Position numbers and translations under genes: made by a program. A stretch of DNA of 52,103 bases. It comes from an uncultured Oscillospiraceae bacterium. GTDB lineage: Bacteria; Bacillota; Clostridia; Oscillospirales; Oscillospiraceae. A model generated the notes under the pieces. It had not been told where the DNA came from. It did no database searches and worked only from the letters and a program-made list of their open reading frames with translations. The stretch is from contig CAYRAG010000003.1 of the NCBI GenBank assembly GCA_964422185.1, positions 1 to 52,103 of the forward strand. The letters are read 5' to 3'. Below, piece after piece: positions 26,693 through 35,411 of the stretch (position 1 is its first letter; each line of letters starts with the position of its first letter).

Positions 26693-26857
26693 TTACTTCG
26701 TCTCGATGTGCACAGTATGCTTCCTGCAGAAAGGGCAGTACTTGTTCATCTGCAGACGATCAGGGGTGTTCTTTTTGTTCTTGCTGGTATTGTAGTTTCT
26801 CTGCTTGCACTCGGAGCACGCCAGAGTGATCTTTACCCGGGAACCCTGCTTTGCCAT
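26693..26857 (-). CDS. rpmG: 50S ribosomal protein L33 (54 aa; below the ORF-track size cut-off)
   Basis: Manual translation gives [61 protein letters not shown] lies 9 nt upstream, in the conserved position before secE. Confidence 0.93.
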   Translation of the reverse strand: MAKQGSRVKITLACSECKQRNYNTSKNKKNTPDRLQMNKYCPFCRKHTVHIETK

Positions 26858-27083
26858 GTCTGTCGGCACCTCCTTTTAAAAGCTCCGTGACGGCAAAAAA
26901 ATAAGCCGGACACGGCATCATACGACCGAATCCAGCGGAAACAGGCACAGGAAAACGCTGTACCATGGGGAACGGTGGGGATTCGGCATCTGCCTCCCTG
27001 TATCCTTCTCAGGCCGGAGGTGCCGCGGCGCACACACCGTAACCATGCGCACGACAAAATAGCCCCCGTTTACAGGTGCGCTT

Positions 27084-27113
27084 AGTCTAGCACATCCCCG
27101 GGGGCGGTGTCAA
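27084..27113 (-). promoter_or_regulatory. Candidate promoter of rpmG-secE-nusG
   Basis: Minus-strand TTGACA, 18-nt spacer, TAGACT. This implies a leader of about 220 nt. Confidence 0.45.
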
Positions 27114-27171
27114 GATAAATTTTTCAAACCGGCAGCCTCCGGAGCCGGGAAAGGGATGGCCCGGGGCGCCA

Positions 27172-27218
27172 GCAAAAACGATCCCGCACTCACGCGCATG
27201 GCGCAGGTGCGGGATCGC
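27172..27218 (-). terminator. Intrinsic terminator after lipoprotein gene
   Basis: Minus sense CGAUCCCGCAC-N17-GUGCGGGAUCG followed by UUUUUGC. Confidence 0.75.
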
Positions 27219-27261
27219 TGCGTGCGGCGTTGCCGGAAAGCCGGCGGCGGAATCACCGGCG

Positions 27262-27948
27262 CTAAGCCGGCGCATCCCCGCCGGGCGTTTCGGCCAGGGA
27301 TAAGTCTCCGTCGTAGTCGAATCTCACCATCAGCATTCCGCCGTAGTCCGGGGATAACCGGGCGACGATGGCGGTATTGTCCCTGTCCCAGGTGGCTCCG
27401 ACGCCCGAATACTCCGCGGTGAACTCCTCCACGGTCAGCGTGCCGCCGCCGGTAGCCGGCTCGCCGTAAAGCTCTTTCAGATAGGCGACCGTGCGGTTGT
27501 AGTCGGACACCGCCTGAGCGACTTTCGCGTCCATATCGCGGGGGTCGAAATAACCGTTCCGGACATACAGGCCGGAGTCCATGACCAGGGTGCTTCCGTC
27601 CGCAAGGGCCGGGGTAAACCCGCGCTCCGCGGAGAAATTCAGGCCCGCGAACTCCACACTGCTCTTCAGCACGAGCTCACCCTCCGTGCCGAGCTCCGCG
27701 GTAAGGGAGTCCGGCATGACCGTCCCCCAGGGCAGTCCCTCAAAGCCGGTCAGACTCTCCGTATACGGGTCTGCCACGCAGCCGCTGAAGTCGTACTCCT
27801 CCGCGGAGGGGGACGGAGAGGGAGCCTCCAGTTCCGTGCCGGAGGGTGCCGGGGTCTCCGAGCTGCCGGGGGCTGTCCCCTGCGACCCGCAGGAGGCGCA
27901 AAGCAGCATGGCGGCCAGGACGGCCGCAATCCACAGGTTTCTCTTCAT
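27262..27948 (-). CDS. Hypothetical lipoprotein
   Basis: MKRNLWIAAVLAAMLLCASCGSQG (signal peptide plus lipobox), then a Pro/Ser-rich linker. No family recognised. Confidence 0.75.
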   Translation of the reverse strand: MKRNLWIAAVLAAMLLCASCGSQGTAPGSSETPAPSGTELEAPSPSPSAEEYDFSGCVADPYTESLTGFEGLPWGTVMPDSLTAELGTEGELVLKSSVEFAGLNFSAERGFTPALADGSTLVMDSGLYVRNGYFDPRDMDAKVAQAVSDYNRTVAYLKELYGEPATGGGTLTVEEFTAEYSGVGATWDRDNTAIVARLSPDYGGMLMVRFDYDGDLSLAETPGGDAPA

Positions 27949-28026
27949 CTGGTATTCTCCTCGCTTTCTCCGGGAGACCGCGTCTCATCCGGGTTACTCT
28001 GATTCGGTTCTTCCGCTTCCGTCCTC

Positions 28027-28054
28027 ATTCTATCACTTTTTCGTCAAATTGCAA
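28027..28054 (-). promoter_or_regulatory. Candidate promoter of lipoprotein gene
   Basis: Minus-strand TTGCAA, 16-nt spacer, TG-a-TAGAAT. A second TTGCAA lies 11 nt upstream. Confidence 0.5.
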
Positions 28055-28250
28055 GAGAATTGCAAAAAAAACAACTTAATTTTGGTTAAAATTACAATTT
28101 CCGGCTCCCGGCCGGCCGCCCCGCTCCGGGGACGGAGAAAAAACAGCCGCCGGCGCCGGGCGCCCGGGCCGCCCCCGCCGTCTGAGACGGTGGGAACAGC
28201 CGGTCTGCCCGATGCCGGCGGGGGTGAGATGCCGGTGGATCCGCCGCGGA

Positions 28251-29060
28251 TCAGCCTTTCGCCGCCTCCATGAACGCGAAAGCGCGATCCCGATCCACGG
28301 GGTTGTAGAGATAGGAATCTTTCTTGAGGCATGTGCCCACCAGCACCGCGTCGCAGTAGGGGAGAAGACCTCTCACATTGGCCGGGGTGGCGCCGCTGTT
28401 CAGAATGAGCGGCGTCTCGGGGTCGATGGCCCTGAGTCTGGCGAACAGGGAGTCCTCAGGCCGGACGCCGGCCGCGGGGGCGCCCACGAGATAGCCGGTG
28501 AAGGGGAGGATTTTCGCGTCCTCCCGGAAGCGGGTCTCCGGGGAGCGGGTATCCAGAAGCTCGCCGAAGTGGCCCTCCAGGGCGGAGTAAATGCACAGGT
28601 CATCCGCTCCGATCTGCCTGGCGTAGCGCAGCACCTCGCCGGCGCGCCGGTCGATCATCCCGAAGTCCGAGGCCATTACGCTGTGGAAGATCCCCCGGGT
28701 GAACGACGCGCCGGTCATGTGGGCGACCGCGATGGAGGCGATGGGATCCAGCAGGATGCCCACGCCGAACGGTTTGTCGAATTCCCGCATGACGGCGGTG
28801 ACAATGCGGGTGTAGGCCGCCACGATCTCCGGGCCGACGCTGGTGAGGAAAGGGTAATCGCTCTCATTGGCGAAGACAAACGCGTCGAATCCGGCTTCGT
28901 TGAGGATCCGGGCGTCCTGCAGCACCAGATCGATGTGTTCGTCAAGGCTCAGGTTCCGATCCCACATGGGGGTGCCGGGCAGGGCGCGCAGGTGGAGACA
29001 GCCGATGATCGGCTTCTCCGCGCCGCGAAATGCCCTGCGGTGCTTTTCCATTTTTGTCAT
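28251..29060 (-). CDS. BtpA/SgcQ-family TIM-barrel protein
   Basis: IIGCLHLRALPGTPMW...DAFVFANESDYPF...GVGILLD...ILNSGATPANV resembles the BtpA/SgcQ family. It is the last gene of a PTS operon, as sgcQ is in E. coli. Confidence 0.7.
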   Translation of the reverse strand: MTKMEKHRRAFRGAEKPIIGCLHLRALPGTPMWDRNLSLDEHIDLVLQDARILNEAGFDAFVFANESDYPFLTSVGPEIVAAYTRIVTAVMREFDKPFGVGILLDPIASIAVAHMTGASFTRGIFHSVMASDFGMIDRRAGEVLRYARQIGADDLCIYSALEGHFGELLDTRSPETRFREDAKILPFTGYLVGAPAAGVRPEDSLFARLRAIDPETPLILNSGATPANVRGLLPYCDAVLVGTCLKKDSYLYNPVDRDRAFAFMEAAKG

Positions 29061-29100
29061 AGCCGTATCTCAAATTCCTTTCCGGCCGCGAAGCGCGGTT

Positions 29101-29958
29101 TCAGCCAAGGATTCCCAGCAGAGAGCCCACGATGCCGACGACGAAGTACGCGATGATGATGATCGTGGGTTTTTTGCCTTTGACAATGAAATGGTAGGTG
29201 AGCAGGAAGATGGCGAGGGGCACCATCTTCGGCAGGATGGAGTCCAGGATGGTCTGGATCACGATCTCGGATCCGCCGATGGTAAAGCTCAGAGGAACAC
29301 CGATGTTGATGTTGGCGGCGACCATGGCGCCCAGTACCATCATTCCCAGAGCGCCCAGGGCCTCCGATACCTTCTTGACAACGCCGCTGCGTAGAAGCTT
29401 TGTGACGGAGCTCTTGCCGGAGCGGTAGCCCTGGAAATAGAGGAAATAGCTCAGGCACAGGGCGTAGGCGGACATGCACACAAAGAACAGAATGGGGCCG
29501 AGAACGCTGCCGGCCATGGCAAGGGAGCAGCCGATGGACAGGAAGATGGTCTTGACGAGGCTCTGGGTGACGGTGTCGCCGATGCCCGCCAGGGGGCCCA
29601 TCAGAGAGGTCTTGATGCCGTTGATGGACTCGTCGTCAATGTCCGCGCCGTTGGCGCGCTGCTCTTCCATGGAGGCGACGATGCCGTTCACCATGGAGCC
29701 CCAGTTGTTTTCCGTGTTGTAGTAGGTCAGATGGCGCTGCATCGCGGCGGCGCGGTCTTCCTTGTTGGGGTACAGGCGCTTGATAATGGGGAGCATGCTG
29801 TGGCAGAACCCCATGCCCTGCATTCTCTCGTAGTTATAGCAGGTCTGGCCGAAGGTGATCCAGCGCATCCAGGATCCGGTCAGATCTTTTTTGGTCAGTC
29901 TGACTTCCTGCGGGACAGTTTCCATCCCGGTTTCGACCGTCTCAATTTCATTCGCCAT
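29101..29958 (-). CDS. PTS mannose/fructose/sorbose-family IID component
   Basis: LTKKDLTGSWMRWITFGQTCYNYERMQGMGFCHSMLPIIKRLY is the characteristic EIID N-terminus. Membrane C-terminal half. Confidence 0.9.
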   Translation of the reverse strand: MANEIETVETGMETVPQEVRLTKKDLTGSWMRWITFGQTCYNYERMQGMGFCHSMLPIIKRLYPNKEDRAAAMQRHLTYYNTENNWGSMVNGIVASMEEQRANGADIDDESINGIKTSLMGPLAGIGDTVTQSLVKTIFLSIGCSLAMAGSVLGPILFFVCMSAYALCLSYFLYFQGYRSGKSSVTKLLRSGVVKKVSEALGALGMMVLGAMVAANINIGVPLSFTIGGSEIVIQTILDSILPKMVPLAIFLLTYHFIVKGKKPTIIIIAYFVVGIVGSLLGILG

Positions 29959-30715
29959 TGCTCTTGCTCTCCTTTCCTACGCCGTACATATAGTGCATCA
30001 GGGCGAAGCCGGCGCCGGTGATGGCGATGGGGATAATGCCCAGGCCGAGGTAGGCGCTCATAATGAAGCCGAAGATGAAGAAAGGAATCAGGGACTTCTT
30101 GAACAGCAGCTGCATCAGCATGGCAAGGCCCAAAGCCGGCAGCAGCTGGCCCACCACATTCAGACCGCTCAGCAGCCAGGCGGGGAAGGCGTTCATGATG
30201 GCGTCCAGAACCGGAGCGCCAAAGTAGATGACGATGAAGCTGGGGATGAAGTAGAGCACCGCGCATACAAGCACGGGGCCGAGCACATCAATTCTGGCCA
30301 GCGCCTTCATATTGCCCTCCGCCGCGTACTTGTCCGCCCGGTGAACCCAGACGGAGTTGACGGTCATCAGCAGGGGACGGGCGGCGGCGCCCAGTGCGCC
30401 CAGCGTGGCGGATACGGTCACGCCCATGGACGGGTCGACACCGGCCAGCATGGAGACAGTGACGCCCACATAGCCGGCCAGGGCGGTATCGCTGGGGATG
30501 GCACCGCCGATGACGGCGACCCCCATGAAGACCATCATGACGGTGGCGCCGAAAGTAAGGCCGTAGCCGATGTCCCCCAGGATGATGCCGTTGATCAGAC
30601 CGGCAATCAGGGGAGCGCCCTGGTGGAGCGACCACTTCAGCCACATGGGGCCGATGGAGGTCAGGCACCACACAAACGCCGCCATGACAAGCGCGTGGAT
30701 GACGGATACATGCAT
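29948..30715 (-). CDS. PTS mannose/fructose/sorbose-family IIC component
   Basis: 255-aa polytopic membrane protein directly upstream of, and overlapping, IID. EIIC-Man-like. Confidence 0.85.
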   Translation of the reverse strand: MHVSVIHALVMAAFVWCLTSIGPMWLKWSLHQGAPLIAGLINGIILGDIGYGLTFGATVMMVFMGVAVIGGAIPSDTALAGYVGVTVSMLAGVDPSMGVTVSATLGALGAAARPLLMTVNSVWVHRADKYAAEGNMKALARIDVLGPVLVCAVLYFIPSFIVIYFGAPVLDAIMNAFPAWLLSGLNVVGQLLPALGLAMLMQLLFKKSLIPFFIFGFIMSAYLGLGIIPIAITGAGFALMHYMYGVGKESKSNGE

Positions 30716-30786
30716 TTTTCAATTCCTCCTTAAAGTTTTCTCTACCTTGCGATGCTGTGGAACCGCGGGGGAGGCGTGCCCCCGCG

Positions 30787-31257
30787 CTAGATCAGTTTGC
30801 TGAGATCCTGCTCCTTATCCGTGGGGAGCTTCTGGATGTAGATATACATGCCCTTTCCGCACAGCTCCCTGGCGATGTCCTGCTCCTCCGGGGACATGAA
30901 CACCTCCCGGGTAATCCCCTTGCGCACGGGGGAGGATCCGATGTTTCCGATGTTCAGCCTGGGTACGAGATACCCCTCCTCCGCCAGAGCCCGGACGGCG
31001 CGGATGTTCTGGAAGAGCAGCATGGTTTTGGCGTCCGAGGTGTCCGAGGCGATGAGTTTTGCCGCGTCCGCGGCAGTCAGCGCCCTGACCTCCACGCCTG
31101 CCGGGGCGGAGAGGGCGAGCACCTCCACCATGAACTCGTCTTTCGCGATCTTGTCGTCCACCAGGAGAATGCGTTTGATGAACAGCCCGGTGATCCAGGC
31201 GGTCATGACCTGGCCGTGGATCAGGCGCTCATCAATTCGGGAAAGCAACAGATTCAT
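30787..31257 (-). CDS. PTS mannose/sorbose-family IIB component
   Basis: MNLLLSRIDERLIHGQVMTAWI... has the canonical EIIB-Man N-terminus with the phosphorylatable His. The in-frame upstream ATG at 31308 is less likely because its SD abuts it. Confidence 0.85.
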   Translation of the reverse strand: MNLLLSRIDERLIHGQVMTAWITGLFIKRILLVDDKIAKDEFMVEVLALSAPAGVEVRALTAADAAKLIASDTSDAKTMLLFQNIRAVRALAEEGYLVPRLNIGNIGSSPVRKGITREVFMSPEEQDIARELCGKGMYIYIQKLPTDKEQDLSKLI

Positions 31258-31383
31258 ACACCGGCGCGTACCGGCCCGCGGACTGTGTCGCGGGAGGAGA
31301 CGCGCCATCCCTCCTTTTCTGAATGGTTCCGGCCCCGCCCGCACGCCGCTCCGGCGCGGCCCCGGCGGGGAGAATAATGAAAG
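31258..31383 (-). promoter_or_regulatory. Structured SD-containing intercistronic element, copy 2 (PTS IIA/IIB spacer)
   Basis: It fills the whole 127-nt IIA-IIB gap. The core is homologous to 13255-13310, with the same GGAGG-N4-[GCGCGU...ACGCGC]-N6-AUG geometry. Confidence 0.5.
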
Positions 31384-31827
31384 TCAGCAGTCCGGTTCCG
31401 GATTCCGGCGCTCCTCCAGACGCGGGCGGAAGTCCGAGATTCCCGCGGTGCCCGCCTGAACCGCGCACTGCGCCAGTTCCCGGGCGGTGGCGCCGGTCTC
31501 CCTCTCGCCGCACACCGCGGTGAGCATGGGAAGATTGAGTCCGGTCACCAGCTCGACTTTCTGATCCATGAAGTCCAGCATGGCGCGGGAGGCGGTCAGA
31601 AACGGGGTTCCGCCCATAAAATCAGCCAGGATCAGCAGCCCGTCCCCGGCGTTTTCGCGGATCTCCTCCGTGATGGCATCGCGGTATGCCTCCAGATCCT
31701 GATCCGCGGGCAGACAGATTACGCTCGCGTCTTCCACCGGCCCGTAGACCAGCTCCGCGGCGTTCACCATGTCCTGCGCCAGCGTGCCGTGGCCGATGAG
31801 GAGCAGTTTACATGCCAATTCAATCAT
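31384..31827 (-). CDS. PTS mannose-family IIA component
   Basis: KLLLIGHGTLAQDMVNAAELV... has an EIIA-Man fold signature (His in the GHG context). 147 aa. Confidence 0.85.
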   Translation of the reverse strand: MIELACKLLLIGHGTLAQDMVNAAELVYGPVEDASVICLPADQDLEAYRDAITEEIRENAGDGLLILADFMGGTPFLTASRAMLDFMDQKVELVTGLNLPMLTAVCGERETGATARELAQCAVQAGTAGISDFRPRLEERRNPEPDC

Positions 31828-31889
31828 CTCCGTTCATGAGTTTACGCTCTCCCCGGGCAGTGAGCGGGGGAGAGGGGAATGTATGCCGT

Positions 31890-32666
31890 TCAGGCCTGCC
31901 GCACCGCGTCTTTCATCTCTTTCACATAGGCGGCCACATGGGGCACGGCCTCCCGGCCGTACTGGGCGATGAGTTTGACGATTGCGCTGCCCACGATGGC
32001 GCCGTCCGAGAGCCCGGCCATCTTTCGGGCCTGATCCGGCGTGGAGATGCCGAAGCCGACGGCGCAGGGCAGGCTGGTGGCCTCCCGGATGAGAGCGACC
32101 ATGGCGCCGATATCCGTGGTGATCTCGCTGCGCACCCCGGTGACACCCAGACTGGACACCACATAGATGAAGCCGCTGGCGTCCCTGGCGATCCGTGCGA
32201 TGCGGTCTTCCGAGGTCGGCGCCACCAGAGAGACCAGATCCAGACCGTACTGTTTGCAGATGGGATCGAACTCGCCTTTCTCCTCAAAGGGGACATCCGG
32301 CAGAATCAGCCCGTCCATGCCGATGTCCGCGCAGGTGGACAGGAAGCGGTCCGCGCCGTAGGAGAACACGACATTGGCATAGGTCATGAATACCATGGGC
32401 AGAGAGACATCCCGGCGCAGCGAGCGGACCATGTCGAAGATCCGGTCTGTGGTGGTTCCCGCGGCGAGCGCGCGCACATTGGCCGACTGGATGACAGGCC
32501 CCTCCGCGGTGGGATCCGAAAAGGGGATGCCCAGCTCAATGAGGTCGGCGCCGGCCTGCGCCATCGCACGCACCGTTTTCTCTGTCGTCTCCAGGTCAGG
32601 ATCCCCGCAGGTTATAAACGGGATGAACGCCTTGCCGTGATCAAAGGCTCTGGCGATGTTACTCAT
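31890..32666 (-). CDS. trpA: Tryptophan synthase alpha chain
   Basis: [28 protein letters not shown]...[17 protein letters not shown]. The start overlaps the trpB stop (ATGAGTAA). Confidence 0.95.
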   Translation of the reverse strand: MSNIARAFDHGKAFIPFITCGDPDLETTEKTVRAMAQAGADLIELGIPFSDPTAEGPVIQSANVRALAAGTTTDRIFDMVRSLRRDVSLPMVFMTYANVVFSYGADRFLSTCADIGMDGLILPDVPFEEKGEFDPICKQYGLDLVSLVAPTSEDRIARIARDASGFIYVVSSLGVTGVRSEITTDIGAMVALIREATSLPCAVGFGISTPDQARKMAGLSDGAIVGSAIVKLIAQYGREAVPHVAAYVKEMKDAVRQA

Positions 32667-33843
32667 GGAGATCCTCCCCCCTGTAGCGGGCGACAGACGC
32701 GCAGTCCTTGTCGCCACGGCCGGAGATATTGATGACGATGATCTGATCCCCGCGCATGGTGGGGGCCAGTTTCCTGGCGTAGGCCACGGCGTGGGCGGAC
32801 TCGATGGCGGGAATGATGCCCTCCATTCTGGACAGATACTCGAAAGAGTCCACCGCCTCCTCATCCGTAATCGGCACATATTCCGCCCTGCCGATGTCGT
32901 GCAGGTGCGCGTGCTCCGGTCCGATGCCGGGGTAGTCCAGACCCGCGGAGATGGAGTAGACCGGCGCGATCTGCCCGTACTCATCCTGGCAGAAGTAGCT
33001 CTTCATGCCGTGGAAGATGCCCAGGCGCCCCGTGGCGATAGTGGCCGCCGTCTCAAAGGTGTCCACGCCCCGGCCGGCCGCCTCGCAGCCGATGAGCCGG
33101 ACGGAGGGTTCGTCGATAAAGTGGTAGAACGCGCCGATGGCGTTGGATCCGCCGCCTACGCACGCGATCACCGCGTCCGGCAGCTTGCCCTCTTTCTCCA
33201 TCAGCTGTTCCCTGATCTCCCTGGAGATGACCGACTGGAAGTCCCGGACGATGGTGGGGAACGGGTGGGGGCCCATGACGGAGCCCAGGCAGTAGTGGGT
33301 ATCGCTGATGCGGTTGGTCCACTCCCGGAACGCGGCGGAGCAGGCGTCTTTCAGCGTCCCGGTGCCCGTGGTGACCGGCACGACGGTGGCGCCCAGCAGA
33401 CGCATCCGGTACACATTCAGTGCCTGCCGACGGGTGTCCTCCTCGCCCATGAAGACCACGCACTCCATGCCCATCAGAGCCGCGGCAGTGGCGGTGGCCA
33501 CCCCGTGCTGCCCGGCGCCGGTCTCGGCAATCAGGCGGGTCTTGCCCATCTTTTTCGCCAGCAGGGCCTGACCCAGCACATTGTTGATTTTATGGGCGCC
33601 GGTGTGGTTGAGATCCTCCCGTTTCAGGTAGATCTTCGCGCCGCCCAGATCCCGGGTGGTCTTGTCCGCGTAATACAGCAGACTGGGCCGCCCGGCATAC
33701 TCATTGAGCAGCCGGGTCAGTTCCGCCTGGAACTGCGGATCATTCTTATAGTGCGCATACGCCTCCTCCAGCTCAATGACGGCGTTCATCAGCGTCTCCG
33801 GGATGTACTGCCCGCCGTGTATGCCAAACCGTCCTTCGGACAC
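32659..33843 (-). CDS. trpB: Tryptophan synthase beta chain
   Basis: [16 protein letters not shown]...[11 protein letters not shown]...GGGSNAIG. The preferred start is the GTG at 33843 (AAAGGAAGGA 5 nt upstream). The tracked TTG at 33891 would add 16 aa. Confidence 0.93.
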   Translation of the reverse strand: MSEGRFGIHGGQYIPETLMNAVIELEEAYAHYKNDPQFQAELTRLLNEYAGRPSLLYYADKTTRDLGGAKIYLKREDLNHTGAHKINNVLGQALLAKKMGKTRLIAETGAGQHGVATATAAALMGMECVVFMGEEDTRRQALNVYRMRLLGATVVPVTTGTGTLKDACSAAFREWTNRISDTHYCLGSVMGPHPFPTIVRDFQSVISREIREQLMEKEGKLPDAVIACVGGGSNAIGAFYHFIDEPSVRLIGCEAAGRGVDTFETAATIATGRLGIFHGMKSYFCQDEYGQIAPVYSISAGLDYPGIGPEHAHLHDIGRAEYVPITDEEAVDSFEYLSRMEGIIPAIESAHAVAYARKLAPTMRGDQIIVINISGRGDKDCASVARYRGEDLHE

Positions 33844-33908
33844 AGGGATCCTTCCTTTCTGCGTGGGAGGCGTGTATGCCGCCCCGTTCAAATTTGATGC
33901 CGCACGGC

Positions 33909-34700
33909 TCAGGAGGCGGCCTCGCGCATGGCGGCCAGCGTGGCCACCCTGTCGCTGGCGCGCATGAGCACCTCGCCCATGAGCACCGCGTCCGCGCCGA
34001 TCTTGCGGAGACTGCGCAGATCCTCCGGGCCGGTCACGCCGCTCTCGGAGACATAGACCGTCTCCGGCGGAATCATGTCCCGCAGCCGGGCGGCGTTGGA
34101 GAAGTCCACGGAGAAGTCCTTGAGATTCCGGTTGTTGACCCCGATGACACTGGCTTTCGCGTCCACCGCGGTGGAGATCTCCTCCGGGGTGTGCGCCTCC
34201 ACCAGGGCGGTCATTCCCAGATCCTCAATGAGCTCCCGGAACCGCGCCACATCCGCGGCCGGGATCATGGCGCAGATGAGCAGCACAGCGTTCGCGCCCA
34301 TGACTTTCGCCTGGTAGATCTGATACTCGTCCACCACAAACTCCTTGCGCAGCATGGGCAGGGAGACCTCGCTGCGGATATGGCAGAAGATCTCGTCGGA
34401 GCCCAGGAACCACTTCGGCTCCGTCAGGCAGGACAGCCCCTCCGCGCCGGCGGCCTCGTAGTCCCGGGCGATCTGCAGGTAGTCAAACACCGGGTCGATG
34501 AGACCCTTGGAGGGGGAGGCCTTTTTCACCTCGCACAGGAAGCTCAGGCCCTCTTTCCGGAGCGCCTTCTCAAAGGGGCGATCCTCCGAGACCGGCATGG
34601 ACAGTGCCCGTTCTCTCATCTCCTCCAGGCTGATCACTTTCTTGTCAGCCTCGACTCTGGTCCTCGCGTGATCCGCAATTTTACCCAAAATAGTTTTCAT
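33909..34700 (-). CDS. trpC: Indole-3-glycerol phosphate synthase
   Basis: [17 protein letters not shown]...[10 protein letters not shown]...VLLI...VGVNNRNL are IGPS motifs. At 263 aa there is no fused TrpF domain. Confidence 0.93.
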   Translation of the reverse strand: MKTILGKIADHARTRVEADKKVISLEEMRERALSMPVSEDRPFEKALRKEGLSFLCEVKKASPSKGLIDPVFDYLQIARDYEAAGAEGLSCLTEPKWFLGSDEIFCHIRSEVSLPMLRKEFVVDEYQIYQAKVMGANAVLLICAMIPAADVARFRELIEDLGMTALVEAHTPEEISTAVDAKASVIGVNNRNLKDFSVDFSNAARLRDMIPPETVYVSESGVTGPEDLRSLRKIGADAVLMGEVLMRASDRVATLAAMREAAS

Positions 34701-34740
34701 GTTCCACAGCCTCCCGAATCAGAGCACATGCCTGGATGCG

Positions 34741-35033
34741 CAGGGATCAAAAAAACCCGTCCCTGACATCTCTGTCAAGGACGAGCCATACTCGCGGTGC
34801 CACCTTGTTTCACGGCTGGAAAGAGCCGTGCGCTCTGAGGGGTACAGACATACCCCCGGCGCGATAACGCCCGCCTCGCGTCGCAGACTACTTGCGGTTT
34901 CCCGTGTTCGCCGCGCCCTCAGTGACCCATTATGACCAGCCGCTTTTGATCCGGCTCCCAGCCCCCCGGACTCTCTGCGCATGCGCTCTGGCCTTTACCC
35001 TCACCTCAACGGTTTGCAGCTCTGTTCTCTTTG
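34741..35033 (-). promoter_or_regulatory. T-box riboswitch leader (probable Trp specifier) of trpCBA
   Basis: Minus sense shows AGAGAG plus a distal GCUGGGA loop and a candidate specifier AA-UGG-G. The T-box sequence AAACAAGGUGGCACCGCGAG lies at 34791-34812. A terminator CGUCCUUGACA-gag-AUGUCAGGGACG plus U7 lies at 34749-34783. Confidence 0.85.
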
Positions 35034-35039
35034 CCCCGT

Positions 35040-35068
35040 ATTATAAGGTTCCTTTTTTCCGCTGTCAA
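35040..35068 (-). promoter_or_regulatory. Consensus sigma-A promoter of the T-box/trp leader
   Basis: Minus-strand TTGACA, 17-nt spacer, TATAAT (perfect consensus). Confidence 0.8.
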
Positions 35069-35411
35069 GAAGAAAATTTCACGGTTTTTGCGCCTGCCGC
35101 GGGGTTCGCATTGGTGAAATATGGCAAAAACGGGGCGCGGCCCGGGGAAAGCATCCCCCTGCGTGTTCCGCCGGGTCAGTGGCGCCGTGTCCGGCAGACC
35201 CTGCGGCCGGTGGAATTTTTACCAAAATTTCTATCCATGGTATCTTGTGTTGTCTCCGGATTTGTGCTATCCTGTGAGGCGGGGAGCGGTGATGATTTCC
35301 CCGGGCCGAAAACACACCGCAATGCCACGGATCCGCCATCAGAATGGATAAGCACACGGCGTGAGGCGGCCTGGCCGTTTCCAGTGCGCCGGACGCGGGG
35401 AGGAAAGAGGC

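Noticed and set aside
31258-31308. 17-aa N-terminal extension of PTS IIB starting at the ATG at 31308 (MARLLPRHSPRAGTRRC-MNLL...).
   Set aside because: The SD abuts that ATG (1-nt spacing). The extension is not EIIB-like, and EIIB-Man proteins normally begin right at the M..L.RIDDRLIHGQ motif.
35155-35178. Imperfect direct repeat CCCTGCGTGTTCCGCCGGGT, also at 37187-37209 as CCCTGCGGTTTGTCCGCCGGGGT, as the target-site duplication of the IS1634-family element.
   Set aside because: The repeats are imperfect (mismatches and indels). I could not find matching terminal inverted repeats inside them. The IS boundaries are therefore left undefined.
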